From Lingula anatina (taxonomy: Eukaryota; Animalia; Brachiopoda), in assembly GCA_051362555.1 (NCBI GenBank), contig CM120647.1, positions 2,108,001 to 2,172,000 of the forward strand: a DNA stretch of 64,000 nucleotides, in the 5' to 3' direction. The notes under the pieces were generated by a model. That model did not search any database. It was not told the origin of the DNA and worked only from the letters and a program-made list of their open reading frames with translations. The translations under genes and the position numbers were made by a program. Shown piece by piece: positions 62,369-64,000 of the stretch; position 1 is the stretch's first letter; every line of letters starts with the position of its first letter.

Positions 62369-63549
62369 TAGAACAATTCTGAGAGTTACAGTGTACTTAA
62401 AATTTGCTTCATGCGCACAAGCCTCGAAAACCAAGTATCAGTGTATCGTGGAGATTGAATCTAGTCCTCTCGAAGTCACCCGACAGCCCAGGCTGCTAAA
62501 GTGGACTATGAGACAATTGTCTTATGTCGTTTAACGAACGATTGATCCAAAACTAATGTAGTTGACACAGGTGCTGAGGTATTGAATGTCCTGGTTAAAG
62601 TGTGCATTGGCCGGTACTGCAAATATTCCTAAAATGTCAAAGCATCTGCAAGAGGGGGCGGCGGTTTTGCATGACATTGTTATATTTACTTTGACCAAAA
62701 CAAACGTGTAACTGTAAGAATAAAATGTTTTCTTCCTCGCTTTTTCAACTACCTTTAAATAAATTTCATTTTAAAAATGAAGAATGGATTGCCTGTCAAT
62801 TTGCACTAAAATGATAATAACGGCGAAGCCTACGGAGGTAAGGTATAATCCGTGCGTGTTCATGTAGCAGGTTCCGGTTGCGTCCCATCCCTCTCATGTC
62901 AGCTGAGGTTTGAGTGGCAGTGGTTGGGGCTACGTCTCACGTCCAGCAGTGCCCCTTTACCAAACTGACAGGTAGCAGCCTACAGTTACCTGGGGTATAT
63001 TGGGTTGTTGGTTCGTTAATTCAAAGATAATAATAATAATAATAATAATAATTAATATTAATATGGATGCAATATAAGTCATCACTTTGAAACATTTGCA
63101 GGTATACTAAAATAATTATTTTTAAGCAGTTAAATAAAATGCTGGAGCTCATCACTTTGTTCCAATTACAAGCGCTCCAGTCGGTGAAGGGGCGTCCCGT
63201 TCATTTATTGAATTATCCAGCACGTATACTTATATCAGTTTTAGAATGTAACATTACAGACCGAGACCCCAGCTAACCGAAGACAAATTGCACATACATA
63301 ATTTTTCTTTGTCTATTGAATATCTCTGCCAAACACACATAGGATTTTTAAATCTCAGACGCGGTGTCTATCTCATACACGTACACAGAGAGTGCAGCGT
63401 CAGCTGTTACACTAACCAGCAAGGTGAAAGTGATATCCACCGGAACCTCAGTTTTGACATTCGAGCTGCTGAAATGCTCTTTTGGCTCAATTCCGCTAGA
63501 TTTCAATTGCTTTTTATTGACGTAAGCGTCAAAAATTCCAATTCTCCAT

Positions 63550-63713
63550 TTATAACATCCCTACAACATTACCCCCCCCCCCCCCCCCCCCCCCCTCAGC
63601 GTTACTTTCCGGCAGAGATCCTTACCCAGCAAAATCATAATATTACCCGCATCGACACGCTCTCTTTGGAACTTCAGCGCAACGAAGTTGGGTCATGATT
63701 CGCGTATTGATGT
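63550..63713 (+). repeat. Interspersed repeat F
   Basis: Homolog of 46688-46826. Confidence 0.75.
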
Positions 63714-64000
63714 CCCTAACATTACAGTTATTTTTTTTTATAAAAGCTGTCTCACATATCTTAAAGATATGAGTACGTCTAATACAGTGCAAGTTTTTGA
63801 CCAGAGGAGGTTTTCTATAGTTCTTATATCGACCAATGTTTTAGTTGAGATATATGCAAACCGATATCAAAATTCATGTAAAGTTGCCGCTATTTCTCCT
63901 TGCATGTTACTGGATCTTCACCCCCCACCCCTCCCCCAACCCCCACCTCCCCGCCTCAAACTGCACGTTGATTCCTGCGCTCCAGGAGACGAGGAGGTAC

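Noticed and set aside
63288-63698. 136-aa ORF sharing QQNHNITR.DT.SL with ORF 46638-46895
   Set aside because: The similarity comes from interspersed repeat F and frames are not conserved beyond the short block.
1-64000. tRNA, rRNA, snRNA, autonomous transposase or reverse transcriptase ORFs
   Set aside because: None recognisable by eye; tRNAscan-SE, Infernal or RepeatMasker would be needed to exclude them formally.

Overview
AT-rich, repeat-dense eukaryotic DNA with spliceosomal GT-AG introns, microsatellites and many MITEs. It is probably a marine invertebrate bilaterian such as a lophotrochozoan (inference only). Four intact protein-coding genes could be assembled by hand: an OATP/SLCO transporter on the minus strand (13 coding exons, 28942-19340, 689 aa), a GT10 alpha-1,3-fucosyltransferase (minus, 2 exons, 375 aa), an intronless rhodopsin-class GPCR (minus, 376 aa) and a second, divergently oriented OATP/SLCO paralog (plus, 10 exons, 51664-61538, 672 aa). 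There is also a possible orphan gene (9.2-10.7 kb) and a probable decayed GPCR pseudogene (34.3-35.8 kb). Intergenic and intronic DNA holds several non-autonomous DNA-transposon families with 3-, 5-, 6- and 9-bp target duplications and a Helentron-type element. Three observations stand out. (1) Tandem repeats are anchored on coding-exon boundaries, including 19 copies of an exon end plus splice donor whose shared variants are all synonymous. (2) A 3.8-kb TGT...ACA element has a 6-bp TSD and Tn7-like arrays of repeated end motifs. (3) A TIR element carries a RecQ-like helicase remnant (Academ-like). No rRNA, tRNA or CRISPR could be supported.
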